The notes under the pieces are model-generated. The model was not told the origin of the DNA, did not search any database, and saw only the letters and a program-made list of their open reading frames with translations. Shown piece after piece: positions 12,001-22,344 of a stretch of 64,000 nucleotides of DNA (within the stretch, counting starts at the first letter, position 1; each line of letters begins with the position of its first letter). This DNA is from Antedon mediterranea. Its lineage: Eukaryota; Animalia; Echinodermata. A program made the translations under genes and the position numbers. The stretch covers positions 24,197,365 through 24,261,364 of the forward strand of contig NC_092678.1 of NCBI RefSeq assembly GCF_964355755.1. The letters run 5' to 3'.

Positions 12001-15000
12001 AATAATTTTGTCTAGGTTCTCCAGATGCCCCTTGGTTTGAAGTATGCATGCCCATCGGCAAGTACGTGGAAACTAGCGGTTACATCTCTATTAGAGATTC
12101 TACACATTGGGCTACCAGTTGCCCGGAACCCAACGTACAATAAACATTTCAAATCAATGTGGCTAGATCTGGCTGCAGCGTTGGAGTGTTTTCTATTTTC
12201 TGAACAGTATGTATTCACTCATTATTCATTCAAGAGAAATACAAAATAAAAGCCAATTTACACAGGCGAACGGTAACGGTATGCGGAAAAGCGTGAGCTT
12301 GCGGGTTTCTGTTCAACCTCATGTACTCTCCGCGTTTTGTGTAAATGGTCATAAGAAATAACATACAATCTATAGTTTTGTTTTGTTATTTTTGCCGCTA
12401 CCGTTCATCTCTGTAAATTGGCCTTAAACAGATTAATTAAAAATCAACCAATCACAACCAAGTATCTGCAGTGGTCTAGTTAATGGTCACCGAATGAGTA
12501 TCAAATTTCATCTTTTTCTAACCTTATTGGTCACCGAATGAGTATCATATTTCATCTTTTTCTAACCTTATTGGTCACCAAATGAGTATCAAATTTCATC
12601 TTTTTCTAACCTTATTGGTCACCGAATGAGTATCATATTTCATCTTTTTCTAACCTTATTGGTCACCGAATGAGTATCAAATTTCATCTTTTTCTAACCT
12701 TATTGGTCACCAAATGAGTATCAAATTTCATCTTTTTCTAACCTTATTGGTCACCGAATGAGTATCATATTTCATCTTTTTCTAACCTTATTGGTCACCG
12801 AATGAGTATCAAATTTCATCTTTTTCTAACCTTATTGGTCACCGAATGAGTATCATATTTCATCTTTTTCTAACCTTATTGGTCACCGAATGAGTATCAA
12901 ATTTCATCTTTTTCTAACCTTATTTTGTAAGATGATATAGTTTGTGTTATTGTGTCCTTTGACGTTACAGCACTCGATTATATTTATTATTTGCAGTCAA
13001 TGTCAATTCAGCATTTTTTTCATTTTAATTACACATTTTATGTGTCAATTTACATAATAAAAATCCTGAAAATGAAAGGAACAATGATGCATAAAAGAGT
13101 AAATAAAATAAAACGTTCAATTCAGTTGAATATAAAAATCCTGTAAAATATGATAATCAATGTTTTTAGTAATCAAAGCGTATTCTGTCTCCTTTTATGC
13201 ACATCTTGATAATTAATTTTCTTTTTATGAAATATTATTTGATATGATATGGGAAGTATGAAAATGAAAATTGACCTAGATAAAATTTATGTGATACATA
13301 AAACTGCTTACAGTATATATCAGTAGGTAGGTTGTTCTTACTGGGTGCTTGATACTTATATAGATAAGGATATTTTTTTCAATTTTTATTTGAACACATT
13401 TTCGACAAAATAATTGAAATTGATTCATTCACTTTTTCTTCAATTCAAATCAGTCAGTTGTTCATTCATCATTCACTCACTAATTCATTCATTCATCCAT
13501 TCATCCATTCTTTCATTCATCCATTCTTTCATTCATTCATAAATTCTATCATTCATCCATTCATTCACCCATAAATTCTATCATTCATCCATTCATCCAT
13601 CCATTCATTCAATCATTTTCAAGTAATTATTTGCATTTCAATAACATTACCACTTAGGTGATATTACATATTATGATTAACCAAACATGAAAGTAACTAT
13701 TGCGTGATTTTCTTAGCCCAGCACCAGTAACATTATCAGTTGAAGAGCAGCAACAAGATGAGGCTATGGATGTCAAAGTGGTGTTACTAATACAGAATGA
13801 GATCTTACCCTATTCAACGGCGCTACCCCCACAATTCACTGCAAAGATTATGGGCCTACTCAACCGGGGTTCAATACACTCAGCGAATTCATCTAGCTTT
13901 TTAGGTAACATTTTTTAAATGCTTTCTTTATTTGCTTTTGGTTAAGTTACTCTGTGCAGAATTTTTTGCTCGTGCCAAGTGACAGCCTCCCACAATACAT
14001 TGTAATATTAGTCTCTAGTCTCCCACAATACATTGTAATATTAGTCTCTAGTCTCCCACAGTACATTGTAATAAATCTCTAATTTCCCACAATACATTGT
14101 AATAAGGTTCTAGTCTCCCACAATACATTGTAATAAGTATTCGATCTCCCACAATACATCGTAATAAGTCTTCAATCTCCCACAATATATTGTAATAAGT
14201 CTTCAATCTTCCACAATACATTGTAATAAGTATTCAATCTCCCACAATACATTGTAATAAGTCTCTAGTCTCCCACAATACATTGTAATAAGTATTCGAT
14301 CTCCCACAATATATTCTAATAAGTCTTCAATCTCCCACAATACATTTTAATAAGTATTGAATCTCCCACAATAGATTGTAATAAGTCTTCAATCTCCCAC
14401 AATACATTGTAATAAGTATTGAATCTCCCACAATAGATTAAGTAAGTCCACTTTCATTGAACCAAATAAGAGAGTATTTTGTAAGAAATGTGATCAAAAT
14501 ATTAATGAATATTTTGTTGATCTTTTCTTGCAGACACCAATAACAGTCAGCTGCGTGAAGAATTTGCAAAGACCTGTTTTGAGACCCTACTACGATTCTC
14601 GTTTATCACCCAGAGCCTTGTGTCAGAAGAGGGCGCAATTACTAAGATGGCAATGTCGGCATTGCTGCAGAGATGTAGAGAGGTTCTTAGTAAATATGTA
14701 GAGGATGAACGATTGAGTGGAAAATGCCCATTACCACGGTAATAACAAAAATAAGAATTATAAAAATATTTTAACATTTTCAAAAACAAATACAAAACTA
14801 AAATATGGGGATTAAATAATGTTTAATTTAGGGATGAACACAGATTTGAACCCAAGACCTTGCAAACAAAACTGCAGTGCCAATATTTTTATTTTACATT
14901 TATTAATAATTTGTTTTAATGTTTCTTTTTATTCCTCATTGATTAATTTTGAAATATTTATGTATTTATGTTATTTCATTCTGTCTAAATGTGAATATGC

Positions 15001-16160
15001 CAATAATAGAATCAAAATCCTGTCTCTGGCTGGTTTTGTTTGATGTTTTCTTGTTCATGGCCATGTTTTTTTATATTGTATTTTTATGAGACAAAATAAA
15101 TGAAATGAAATGAAAAAATAAATACAAAACACACATATACATTAAATGCTTTTATTATTGCTTTTTCTTTTATATCTATGTTTATTTTTGTAAATGTTGG
15201 TGCTTAATCATACCTTAATGGTAAGGAGTTAATAAAATGTTGAATATATACATTAAAATATAAGTGCAAGAATATTAAATGATAAAAATGACAATAAAAT
15301 TCTCATTTTTTAAAGGTCACGAATGGCAGAAATATCATTTGTGCTGAAAGCACTTACAACTTTGATGGAATCATTAAAGAAGGCACACAGTGGAAATGGT
15401 AACATTTAATTATGTCCATCAGACAAAATAGTTAAAAACAACAATAATGACAAATTGATATGTCAAATAATGGACAAAGGCAGAATTCCAAAAAGATAAA
15501 AAGCTCGGTCTACACTATCAACTAGTTTGACAAACAAAAAGTGTGATGTGCTCAAAAACGTATTGTAATGGAGTCTGTTAATTTGCCTAAACTGGATTCT
15601 ATGGGGCAAAATGCTTGAAATAATTTATCTGCTCATCCATATTATTTTATTATTATAATTATTATATTATGTACTTGTACTATCTTTATTAGTTTATTTT
15701 TTTAATTGATTTTTATTTCTATAATATTAACTTGTCTCTAATAATAATAAGCTCTATCTACACTATCAAACTTTGACCAAAAAAATGTGATGTGCCCATA
15801 TGGACATAGTGATGTCATATCACTACCATATTTGGGCATATCACTACCATATTTGGGAATATCACTACCATATTTGGGCATATCACTACCATATTTGGGC
15901 ATATCACTACCATATTTGGGTATATCACTACCATATTTGGGCATGTATCATATATACTTGTTGATAGACAGAGCTTTATATTTCTGTTCTTTTTTTCAGT
16001 TGATGTAAATACATGGGACCAAGTAATTGATCTTTATCCAACGTTAGTAGACTGTACCACATGCACATCAACAACTGTGTGCAGCGCCCTCAGGGATGTG
16101 CTAAGCCAGTATCACGACCTCTTGTTGCCCCCGTCCGGTGCGATGCAGAATGGACGATGA
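23..16160 (+). CDS. MON2: Protein MON2 homolog (Sec7-family endosome-to-Golgi trafficking regulator), 3' part; the 5' exons lie upstream of the window
   Basis: GT-AG exons 23-370, 1815-2027, 2327-2502, 2822-2984, 3103-3381, 4071-4272, 4721-5313, 5910-6050, 11777-11905, 12016-12206, 13717-13904, 14534-14738, 15316-15398, 16000-16160 join in frame. Peptides match recalled MON2 blocks: [75 protein letters not shown]. Stop TGA at 16158-16160. Confidence 0.96.
1134..1267. mobile_element. Harbinger/Tourist-like MITE, family A (TIR AGCTCTGTCTACACTATCAAAC); first of about 17 copies or fragments in the window
   Basis: Terminal inverted repeats AGCTCTGTCTACAC...GTGTAGACAGAGCT around a shared core (GTGATGTGCCCAAATATGG). 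Other copies at ~2088, 8429, 15502, 15750, 28585, 30192, 40877, 43439, 46698, 48043, 48556, 49048, 50172, 51187, 59241, 60185. Confidence 0.88.
2088..2247. mobile_element. Family A MITE, intact copy with TAA target-site duplication
   Basis: taa|AGCTCTGTCTACAC...GTGTAGACGGAGCT|taa. A 3-bp TWA duplication is typical of PIF/Harbinger. The same TAA/TAA flanks occur at 48043-48157 and 60185-60318. Confidence 0.88.
3503..3790 (-). mobile_element. Non-LTR retrotransposon remnant (CR1/L2-like): 2A-like peptide followed by the start of the APE endonuclease
   Basis: Translation [15 protein letters not shown]...[33 protein letters not shown] contains the DxExNPGP motif and the NARS and D-I-x-x-L-T-E motifs of the APE N-terminus. 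It lies antisense in a MON2 intron. Confidence 0.85.
6133..6298. mobile_element. Degenerate Tc1/mariner (pogo/Tigger-like) MITE
   Basis: Imperfect inverted ends TCAACTCTCCCGCTACCGGAC / GTCTGGTATTGGGAGAGTTGACTG. A related end (TA CAGTCAACTCTCC) is at 56541. Confidence 0.55.
8978..10777. repeat. 60-bp minisatellite, ~30 nearly identical copies, in a MON2 intron
   Basis: Unit TGGTTTCTGCCCAATGGTGTTTAGAGTGTAGGCATTTAGGGCCAACCTAAAGGGTGTCTG repeats line by line with only a few substitutions. Confidence 0.99.
11489..11653. repeat. 78-bp tandem duplication
   Basis: CCAAACATTCACAGCTCTAGCTCTG... starts at 11489 and 11567, with a partial third copy at 11645. Confidence 0.95.
12250..12424. mobile_element. 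Harbinger-like MITE, family B (TIR AGGCCAATTTACAC)
   Basis: taa|AAGCCAATTTACACAGGCGAACGGTAACGG...CCGCTACCGTTCATCTCTGTAAATTGGCCT|taa. A second copy is at 62918-63102. Confidence 0.8.
12484..12924. repeat. 44-bp minisatellite, ~10 copies
   Basis: Unit TGGTCACCGAATGAGTATCA(A/T)ATTTCATCTTTTTCTAACCTTAT. Confidence 0.97.
13422..13615. repeat. Degenerate (TTCA/TCCA)n microsatellite
   Basis: Runs of ATTC and ATCC. Confidence 0.85.
13987..14440. repeat. ~31-bp minisatellite, ~14 copies
   Basis: Unit approximately CTCCCACAATACATTGTAATAAGTCTTCAAT. Confidence 0.95.
15750..15975. mobile_element. Family A MITE with an internal 21-bp tandem expansion (6 copies)
   Basis: AGCTCTATCTACAC...TAGACAGAGCT enclosing (ATATCACTACCATATTTGGGC)x6 at ~15817-15943. 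Confidence 0.88.
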
Positions 16161-16422
16161 TGTTGAGACTTAAGATTTATGTGAAAAATATCGTGTGCAA
16201 TGTTAGGTTCCATGTGTGGCAAGAACACTTGTCGACACCCAGGAGTCAAGTTGGTACAGAATGTATGTGATGATATGTAGGTGACAATACTGGGAATAAT
16301 GACTTTGTTCAAAGTAGGTTTTCTAATACAGTAAGAGATTGAGAGATACTCTTGCATACTCCACAACTGCGACCATTGTTACTAAAACCTTCTCGAAGCT
16401 GATCCCTAAGTTTGACTAGCTC

Positions 16423-16570
16423 TGCCCTCTTCAACCTCCATCTACACATTGGGTAATACTCTAGTTGGCGTTGCCCTCTTCAACCTCCATCTACACATTG
16501 GGTGATACTCTGGTTGGAGTTGCCCTCTTCAACCTCCATCTACACATTGGGTGATACTCTAGTTGGAGTT
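16423..16570. repeat. 49-bp tandem repeat x3 in the probable MON2 3' UTR
   Basis: TGCCCTCTTCAACCTCCATCTACACATTGGG... starts at 16423, 16472 and 16521. Confidence 0.93.
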
Positions 16571-17283
16571 TTTTAAATTACATAATCAAGATCAAGTAGA
16601 GGAAGCCACCGACTGGTAATCATACAGTATATGATGGATGTGACTGGCAGAGCAAGTTTAAATTATGACGGAACTTTTGACCAATGTTTTAGTTGAGTCA
16701 CCAGACTTAATTTGATCAATTATGCCTAATTTTCTAAAATGAAAGCTAAACCTTGGTTGGGATGACTGGAACTACTGTTAATAGGTACAAAAAGGTCCTA
16801 GTTGTGTTGCCAAACCAAGTCCCTCCTACTGGAACACTTGCGAATATGGATAAACTATTTTGGATAGGCTGTGTAGAAATCCTGGAAGGCAGGCATACCA
16901 AATATGGTTTTGGACATTTTGCATATTTTTGATTTAAACAATATTATTTCTACTTACAGTATTTACTAGATAACAATTTTTGTTTATTATACTGTTATTT
17001 TATTTAGTATATCACTAATTAATAAATGAAAATAAAATTCTATAAAATGAAAGTGCACAACAAATTCATATATAATATTGATTTTTTTATACAATACACT
17101 TCTCAATGTTGTAATGTGAACATAATTATAAAGTTTTATATTTAATTGTATATCTTGATGTTAATTATTACTTTAATTTACTTTTTAATTTCTCTTCTGG
17201 GGGTTGTGGTTATTGAATGGGATAGGGTAGGGAAGGGAGGTGAGTGTAAATCCCCCCCACCCCCCTAATTATCTTTGCTATAA

Positions 17284-17768
17284 AGGCCCATTTACACTGG
17301 GACGATAACGATCGACGATAAATATATAAGCATGCATTTTTTTACATAAAACATAAGAAAATTAGAAAGGTTTTTGTTCTAGAACTATGATAATCATTAT
17401 GCTGTCTTTGATTAAAAAAAATGTATCTTTTTAAAATTCCAATCAAGTCATGATAAATAAAAATAATAACATCGTTGTACTGCCACGATATTAATGCTTT
17501 TACTAATCATGACGTCATTTGATTAGACTTGTGAAAATGTAATTTACATCAAAGGAAGCATAGATGATCTACTTTCACACATTGTCTTCCTTTTTTTTCT
17601 AAAGTATAAATATCTGTTCTTTTTTGTTTAATGTGTGGAAAATAAATAAATAAATGAAATTGTTATTCTATAGTTCTAGAATGAAATGTTTTTATATTTT
17701 GTTTATGTATGACAATGCATGTTTGTCTATTTATCGTTGATTGTTATCGTCCTAGTGTAAATGGGCCT
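17284..17768. mobile_element. Harbinger-like non-autonomous element, family C
   Basis: taa|AGGCCCATTTACACTGGGACGATAACGATCGACGATAAAT...ATTTATCGTTGATTGTTATCGTCCTAGTGTAAATGGGCCT|tta. Inverted similarity extends well inward from both ends. Confidence 0.85.
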
Positions 17769-17973
17769 TTACAACGAGGTGATCTGTGTGTTCACACTGG
17801 GGAGGTAGTAGTTTGTGAAGGACCATGTCAAAAATGATTCTACTGCAGTAAATACATTTTGTTTATGCAGTAAAATAAATGTTTTTTTTGTCATACACTG
17901 CATTGTTCATTACAGCTATACGTTGAACATTGAATCAATCATATCATTAGTAACTGTAGTAGAATCATTCTAA

Positions 17974-19523
17974 AGCGTGGTTCCCACTAGCGACACAAGG
18001 ACGTACGCGCAACGCAATCGAGTTGACCAATGAAAAGCCACTGTTCGAATAATGCATCGCTTGTGATTGGTCAAATTACTATACGTTGCCTTGCGTTGCG
18101 TCCTAGTGGGAACCAAGCTTTACATCTAATTTTAAAGTCCTCATTATCATCTACTACAAGGTGCTTTGTATAAAATGAATAGTAAAAACGTTCTGTATGG
18201 ATAGACCTGGGTATGGTAATTGTTTTAATAACAAATTAATGAATAATATGATTTAACATTGAATATATCATGTAAAGTAGCTATGTTTAACATACAGTCA
18301 TGTACTATACAAGTGATAGCATTGTTTTAATACATTATATGAATATAATATTATATATAGATATACTTATTTTACAACATATATGGATGTTCTGTAGAAA
18401 GAATTATATAAACGTAAACATGTCCACTAAAATATTGTTTAGTTTATGTCAACATATTGTGTATATAAGGGTGTATAGACTAATCTTGGACTATATAAAG
18501 TGGTATGCTTGGTTCCCACGCAACGCAAGGACGCAAGTACAATTTGACCAATCACACGAGATGAATTATTCGAACTGCCGCTCGTCATTGGTCAACTAGT
18601 TCGCAAATTGCGTTGCATCGTAGTGAGAACCTCGCTTTAGAAACCGTATAAGGTATGACGCTCAGTCACCCCTGATCCGATAAAAAATTCGTTGTATCAA
18701 ACTTATTTCGGATTCCGTACAAAACGTAGTGCGAACCGCAGCGCCCGAAAAACTTGAGACGATAAAGGATTTGACCAATCACAAGTGATAAATTATTCGA
18801 ACTGTCACTTGTCATTGGTCAACTTATTTGCGTTGCGGTTACATCCTTGCGTTGCGTCCTAGGAGGAACCACGCTACAGTTACAGCGTTGCGCTTACGTC
18901 ATTGCGTTGCGTCCTAGTGGGAACCATGCTGTACAGTATAGAGTTGCGCTTACGTCATTGCGTTGCGTCCTAGTGGGAACCACGCTGTACAGTATAGAGT
19001 TGCGCTTACGTCCTTGCGTTGCGTCCTAGTGGGAACCACGCTGTACAGTATAGAGTTGCGCTTACGTCATTGCGTTGCGTCCTAGTTGGAACCACGCTGT
19101 ACAGTATAGAGTTGCGCTTACGTCATTGCGTTGCGTCCTAGTGGGAACCACGCTGTACAGGTAGCGTTGCGCTGACGTCATTGCGTTGCGTCCTAGTTGG
19201 AACCAAGCTTAATAATGATAATACACACGCCATTATTTTGAGCTATTTTTGCTTTTTAGATCGTTTTTGATCGTTCAATTCTCATGAAATACTCATTAAA
19301 CTACACGCATCAATATCGGAGACTTGAGTGCATTTATTACTATTACGTGGTTCCCACTAGCGACGCAACGCAAGGACGTAACGCAACGCAAGGGAATTAA
19401 CCAATCACAAGCGATGACTTATTCGCTTGTGATTGTTAACTGTCTATAACTTCGCTTGTGATTGGTTAAAACGCTTGCGTTGTGTTTACGTCCTTGCGTT
19501 ACGTTCTAGTGGGAACCAAGCTT
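17974..19523. mobile_element. Cluster of four Harbinger-like MITEs, family D (TIR AGCGTGGTTCCCACTAG)
   Basis: Copies at 17974-18119, ~18506-18636, ~18763-19209 and ~19344-19523, each palindromic with TTGACCAAT/ATTGGTCAA cores. The third has a ~56-bp terminal unit amplified ~6 times. Confidence 0.85.
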
Positions 19524-19569
19524 AGGTAATGTTTTAAGAAACAATTGTTAACATTTAAACGCACTTTAA

Positions 19570-22099
19570 AGTTGTATTGTCCCCCAAAACATGAAAAATG
19601 AAGATCAATTAAATCAAATTTTGAATAGACCATATTGTAGCTATAATAAAGTTGTTCACTTTCGCCAAAAAAAAATCCGAAAAAATTATTAATTTCGCTA
19701 AGAAAAAAACAAAATAAGTTAATCAATTTTCCCAACTTGTCAGCTCAAAATTTAGGCCGATAGAGCTAACTCATAAATATGCATGATATGTTAATGAGCA
19801 TCGACACAAACAAACATGGATGATGCACGTTGTACAAACACCCAGAGATCGACGCGACTGGGGGTTTCCCTTGATCGTATGTAAAGCTAAGCTGTTAATT
19901 TGTCGGTAAGTAGGCCTAGACGGTTATTTTAAATATAATAATTATATATATAACGCAAACTAGACAGACGTAGGCCTAGAATAATACATGCATAGGCATA
20001 GGCTAGTAGTACTATAGTAGTATCGTAGTAGAGCAGGCAGGCTGCTGGGACAATTGGGTCCCTGCAGAAAATGCCCAGCTAGGCCCTTTACATTGTACTC
20101 TTCATAGACTGGCCTAGGCTAGGCCATCAATCCGAAAATACAGCCAGTCTGCTGTACCATATACATAATTTACAGTTGAATCTTGTTTAACTAGTTTTAT
20201 GATAAAAATAAAACAAACATTTTTTCAGGGAAAATGGTTACAATACAATACAACTTACAACAAGCCTGAAGTTGAGAACCTTCCTCCAGCAGCAAGTACA
20301 AGTAGACAGAGGGGAAAAGCCAGCTTAGCCATTTTACAACACAAACTACTGTTCTTTACCATGTTACTCTGTACTGTAGTAAGTCAAATACTGTACTTGT
20401 TTTCTCTTTATTAAGTTGTAATGTGTTTTACCATAAAAAGTTAGTGTAGGCCTACTTATATGTCAAAGCAAGCAATTTCACTAGCCCACATTTTGTACAA
20501 AATGTGCATGATCTAGACCTATTTCTAAATACCAAATTCCAGGTTTTCGTACTTTGCCGAAATTAAAAACTTTAGATTTTGTGAAATATTTAACTTATTT
20601 ATACATCATTATTTAAAAATTTTTATTTAAAGACGTTGAGCTGATGAAGACTGGAACAGAGGTCACATTCGTACTTCATAAAGACAACTCAAGATAGACT
20701 CTGTATTGGAATATGATTGGATATTGCAAGAAAAATATTTGTGATGCTGCATTCGGCCAGTATGTTCCTGTTCAGCTTGTAAAATGTATAATTTTTTTTA
20801 TAAAGCAATAATATTTGTACAGTATATTATTTTGTAAACATTCAATAAATAAAAAATACTACTAAAACAGTACACAGAATAAATTCTTCAATTTTACTTA
20901 CACTTCATAATGTTACTGTAAATATTACAGTGCAAAAGGAGTTAATAAAAAATATATATATATACAGTTACAGTATATCTTATTGAATTCCTGTATTGTT
21001 TTTTGTGTCAATTTGTCTACTAATATCAATGTGTTGATTGTGGCAGTAATTACGGCAGCTATAGTCTTCTAAGATCGCTCATATCCATTACAAAGTGTCA
21101 TTTTAATAGTAAGAAATGTTTCAATAAATTTGTGAATGTTGCCACTCTGTACGGTACATTTTGTGTTTCTCACTACTTCACTTGCTCTTATTGTTCAATC
21201 AATGTTAATACCTGAAAAAAAAAGAAGAAATTTGTATCAAAATATCTGCACAAAATGGTTAATTGTGCAAATGTTGATTTGAAGCTATTGCATTTGATGC
21301 AGAAAATATTTTTAAAATACTGTACAGTAAAAACATCCAAAACAATATTTAGATTTATTTGGTAATTTTCTCTGCAGAATAGATAGTTGAAATCCTAACA
21401 AATTAAACCAATTCATCATGATGGAAAAAAAAATTATAAACCAAAAATACACCCCTCCTGGTGGTGGTCTAGCCCTAGCTAGCAGTGTACTGCCTAGCCT
21501 AGGCCTACCTCTACTTCTACTAGAAACAGAAGGAGGCAGCAGGTAAGGCTACCCGAAACTGCCTGCCATGTGGTTGTGCTAGTACTACTAGGCCTAGGCT
21601 AGTACAGTAGCAGCAAATTCGGGCCTAGCCTAGGCCTAACTAGGCCTCTCCTGCTAGCGAAACAAAAACTCACCTAAATAAATAAGATTCAACATCAAAG
21701 TTACCAACCGCAGTTCTACTTAGTATTCTGCTACAGTGCTAGCTATAGTCTATCGTCTCGCGTCAACGTCACTACTCGACTCTCTCTATGCATTGCCATC
21801 GTCGCGTTGTTGGCTGTTTGTTGAGCAAGAGAACCATCATCCACACGATGTATCCATACAATATGAATATTTATGAGCTAACTCAGGTCAAGGGTTAAAT
21901 TAAACCGGAACACGTTTGTCTTCCAGACAAATAGCTTCCGGTTGGTTAATTTTTGCTTTAAATTACGATTTTCTCGAGTAAATAATTTTTCTTTTCGATC
22001 CAATTTGAGTTCAAAGTGAATAACTTTTATGTGCAATTAAAATGGCCTATTCAACAAAAATATTTAAAAAAAAAATGTTTTCAGGGGGACAATACATCT
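19570..22099. mobile_element. 2.5-kb TTAA-flanked DNA transposon, Kolobok-like, apparently non-autonomous
   Basis: ttaa|AGTTGTATTGTCCCCC...GGGGGACAATACATCT|ttaa. Subterminal inverted similarity: TTGAATAGACCAT/ATGGCCTATTCAA, GTTGTTCACTTT/AAAGTGAATAAC, CTCATAAATATGCAT/ATGAATATTTATGAG. AG...CT termini with a TTAA duplication fit Kolobok. Confidence 0.8.
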
Positions 22100-22344
22100 T
22101 TAAGTGTTTTGTATGTTAACCATTCGAGACGGTGTATCATCAATAATTTGAACTACTTAACACAAAGACAAATATTACTTGTGTACATCGAAAGACAACA
22201 ATCCTTTTTTTTTTAACCTTTTAAAAAGAAAACGAGAAATTGCTTTTTTTTTCTATTTCATGCTTACCTGAAATTATTTTAGTACAGCAAAGAAAAACCA
22301 AATATAGTTTGTACGAAATTGTTTCAGTAAATAAAAACTTCACT

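Noticed and set aside
12484-14440. Regular short repeats resembling CRISPR arrays (also 40966-43283)
   Set aside because: No unique spacers, no cas genes, and a eukaryotic intronic context.
15738-16008. ORFs with PKYGSDM / SLPYLGI repeats, and recurring KLCLHYQT peptides elsewhere
   Set aside because: They are translations of the family A MITE.
20199-20414. 71-aa ORF as a transposase or KolX fragment
   Set aside because: No recognisable THAP, DDE or other motif. It is retained only as part of the exon-like skeleton.
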